Source: Escherichia coli
Lineage (GTDB): Bacteria; Pseudomonadota; Gammaproteobacteria; Enterobacterales; Enterobacteriaceae
Length of the DNA: 411 bases
Assembly (NCBI RefSeq): GCF_003334335.1
Contig: NZ_QOWQ01000194.1
Direction: 5' to 3' (one strand)
Shown here: in pieces, positions 1 to 411 of the stretch
Numbering within the stretch: position 1 is the stretch's first letter
Layout of the letters: every line of letters starts with the position of its first letter
Translations under genes and position numbers: made by a program
The notes under the pieces: model-generated
Told to the model about the DNA's origin: nothing
What the model saw: the letters and a program-made list of their open reading frames with translations, nothing else
Databases searched by the model: none

Positions 1-21
1 ATTGTGAAGTTAGTCACAAAA
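1..21. promoter_or_regulatory. Candidate CRP (cAMP receptor protein) binding site; core TGTGA-N6-TCACA at 3-18
   Basis: Seen in sequence: TGTGA at 3-7, 6-bp spacer agttag at 8-13, TCACA at 14-18. Both half-sites match the established CRP consensus with the canonical 6-bp spacing; the right flank is A-rich rather than T-rich. The left flank of the full 22-bp site runs off the window start. The target promoter and its orientation cannot be determined. Confidence 0.5.
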
Positions 22-42
22 AGAAGAAAGTCAAATAATCAA

Positions 43-72
43 ATTGTGCTTAACTGTTTACATCAGCACAAT
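43..72. repeat. Perfect 8-bp inverted repeat ATTGTGCT / AGCACAAT with 14-bp spacer
   Basis: Seen in sequence: 43-50 attgtgct and 65-72 agcacaat are exact reverse complements; spacer 51-64 is taactgtttacatc. No T-tract follows on either strand, so it is unlikely to be a terminator. It could be a protein-binding operator or an RNA hairpin. Confidence 0.6.
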
Positions 73-78
73 CTGATG
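61..78. repeat. Perfect 6-bp inverted repeat CATCAG / CTGATG with 6-bp spacer, overlapping the right arm of the 43-72 inverted repeat
   Basis: Seen in sequence: 61-66 catcag and 73-78 ctgatg are exact reverse complements; spacer 67-72 is cacaat. It shares bases 65-72 with the previous inverted repeat, so the two structures or sites are mutually exclusive. Confidence 0.55.
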
Positions 79-98
79 ACCATTGAATGACCATTGAA
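77..98. repeat. Perfect tandem direct repeat, 2 x 11 bp (tgaccattgaa tgaccattgaa)
   Basis: Seen in sequence: 77-87 and 88-98 are identical 11-mers in head-to-tail arrangement. An 11-bp period is about one helical turn, which places the two copies on the same DNA face; this is the arrangement used by direct-repeat-binding regulators such as OmpR/PhoB-family response regulators. No specific regulator is identified. Confidence 0.7.
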
Positions 99-133
99 GG
101 ACGCACTAAATTATTTTCAGCAATCCCTCAGCC

Positions 134-256
134 TACGAAAATTCTGCATCCCCTGAATGTTTAATTTACACTCTTTTTATGCAATTATTCTTTCGACTAT
201 AAAAACACCACTATCTCATGTATGACCTTGGGGAGCGTGCCGTCTCCCCGTTTTTT
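134..256 (+). ncRNA. Candidate small RNA, copy A (5' end not determined; 3' end at the intrinsic terminator)
   Basis: Inference: a non-coding region ending in a strong intrinsic terminator, with a duplicated paralogous unit downstream and a 13-nt block (134-146) perfectly conserved between copies. No convincing sigma70 -35/-10 pair was found; TATAAA at 198-203 and TAAATT at 107-112 are weak candidates, so the start coordinate is a placeholder. I could not match the sequence to any sRNA I can recall (Spot42, CyaR, McaS, OmrA/B, RyhB, RprA, MicF and others were compared from memory). Confidence 0.3.
230..256 (+). terminator. Rho-independent (intrinsic) terminator: 6-bp GC-rich stem, 8-nt loop, 6-T tract
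   Basis: Seen in sequence: GGGGAG 230-235 pairs with CTCCCC 244-249 (five G:C pairs and one A:T); loop cgtgccgt 236-243; g250 then tttttt 251-256. The - strand has no T-tract after the hairpin (it is followed by aaggtcat), so the terminator is oriented for + strand transcription. Confidence 0.6.
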
Positions 257-304
257 CGCTTACAGTTTCATGACGACTTTCAGTTTCAGGAATCAGCAGT
301 TACC

Positions 305-331
305 ATGCAATACGAAAATTCTGTATTGCAT
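305..331. repeat. Perfect 9-bp-arm palindrome ATGCAATAC-N9-GTATTGCAT, present in unit B only
   Basis: Seen in sequence: 305-313 atgcaatac and 323-331 gtattgcat are exact reverse complements; spacer 314-322 is gaaaattct. It overlaps the unit-B copy of the conserved 13-mer (311-323). The equivalent left arm in unit A (cagcctac, 129-136) does not pair with gcatcc. It could be a dimeric-regulator operator or a 5' stem-loop of RNA B. Confidence 0.6.
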
Positions 332-411
332 CCGCGCCCTCATCTCAATATCTTTGTCGCCGGATAAAAATAACTATCAACCACAAGTATCATGCTCTCG
401 GGGAGCACGCA
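311..411 (+). ncRNA. Candidate small RNA, copy B (paralog of copy A; 3' end lies beyond the window)
   Basis: Inference from the tandem duplication: the conserved 13-mer is at 311-323, the conserved A-rich block at 362-370, and the start of a terminator-like 5' stem arm GGGGAG is at 400-405 (ggggagcacgca, cut by the window end). The matching CTCCCC arm and T-tract would lie just past position 411. Confidence 0.25.

Larger units (their letters stand above)
100..411 (+). repeat. Tandem duplication of a ~170-177 bp non-coding unit (unit A about 100-256, unit B about 273-411, B truncated by the window end)
   Basis: Seen in sequence by eye alignment, in the same order and spacing: gacgcact (100-107) vs gacgact (273-279); tttcagcaatc (114-124) vs tttcaggaatc (284-294); tacgaaaattctg identical at 134-146 and 311-323; gcatcc (146-151 / 328-333); caattattctttcgac-tataaaaa (182-205) vs caatatctttgtcgccggataaaaa (346-370); ctatc...gtat...ggggagc before each hairpin (229-236 vs 399-406). 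Offsets between copies are 170-177 bp. Regions between the blocks have diverged with indels. Confidence 0.6.

Noticed and set aside
1-90. + strand frame 1 open from the window start to TGA at 88-90, a possible 3' end of an upstream CDS
   Set aside because: The stretch would place a near-consensus CRP site and an 8-bp inverted repeat inside the coding sequence, and it is very AT-rich. It is more consistent with intergenic regulatory DNA, though this cannot be fully excluded without upstream sequence.
87-164. 25-codon ORF starting inside the 11-bp tandem repeat
   Set aside because: It has no ribosome-binding site, its ATG is created by the repeat junction, and its peptide is unremarkable. It is probably fortuitous.
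157-225. 22-codon ORF (MFNLHSFYAIILSTIKTPLSHV) ending 5 nt before the terminator hairpin; considered as a leader peptide/attenuator or a small hydrophobic toxin
   Set aside because: No ribosome-binding site precedes it (cccctga before the ATG). It has no runs of a single amino acid as in classical attenuator leaders, and no alternative antiterminator pairing is evident. The equivalent region of unit B has no ATG and contains stops, so the ORF is not conserved between paralogs.
134-333. Sigma54 promoter (as used by Qrr sRNAs) ahead of the conserved core
   Set aside because: TTGCA-like elements exist (tgcat at 145-149, ttgcat at 326-331), but neither has the GG dinucleotide 10-12 bp upstream that the -24 element requires.
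321-336. Possible LexA (SOS) box starting at CTGT 321-324
   Set aside because: LexA boxes are CTGT-N8-ACAG, and there is no ACAG at the required position (332-335 is ccgc).
219-368. Longest + strand ORF (ATG 219 to TAA 366-368, 49 codons)
   Set aside because: It reads straight through the intrinsic terminator hairpin and T-tract (230-256), has no Shine-Dalgarno sequence upstream, and spans the junction between the two repeat units. It is most likely a chance open frame in AT-rich sequence.
340-393. - strand 17-codon ORF (MILVVDSYFYPATKILR), considered as an Ibs/Ldr-like type I toxin antisense to the sRNA
   Set aside because: It contains charged and polar residues in what should be a transmembrane stretch and has no ribosome-binding site. 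The corresponding - strand position in unit A is ATG AGA TAG, an immediate stop, so it is not conserved between the units.
77-411. CRISPR array
   Set aside because: The repeats are neither identical nor regularly spaced with unique spacers of uniform length. The only exact tandem repeat is 2 x 11 bp with no spacer, and the large units are diverged paralogs about 175 bp long.
1-411. Identification with a known sRNA (Spot 42, CyaR, McaS, OmrA/OmrB, RyhB, RprA, DsrA, MicF, ChiX, FnrS, Sib)
   Set aside because: None of the sequences I can recall for these RNAs matches the window. Recall is imperfect, so this rules out assigning a name rather than proving novelty. No gene symbol is assigned.

Overview
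This 411-bp window is AT-rich (about 40% GC by hand count) and appears entirely non-coding: every reading frame on both strands is broken by stops, and the few short ORFs lack ribosome-binding sites. The main signal is a tandem duplication of a roughly 170-177 bp unit. Unit A (about 100-256) ends in a clear intrinsic terminator on the + strand (GGGGAG-8 nt loop-CTCCCC, then six T, 230-256). Unit B (about 273-411) repeats the same blocks and is cut by the window edge just as its own GGGGAG hairpin arm begins (400-405). I read this as a pair of sibling small-RNA genes on the + strand, with approximate boundaries and unidentified promoters. I could not match them to any sRNA family I can recall, so the family may be undescribed, but I cannot search databases. 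The first ~100 bp look regulatory: a near-consensus CRP site (TGTGA-N6-TCACA, 3-18), two overlapping perfect inverted repeats (43-78) and a perfect 2 x 11 bp tandem direct repeat (77-98). Unit B alone carries a perfect 9-bp-arm palindrome (305-331) over its copy of a 13-nt core that is identical in both units.
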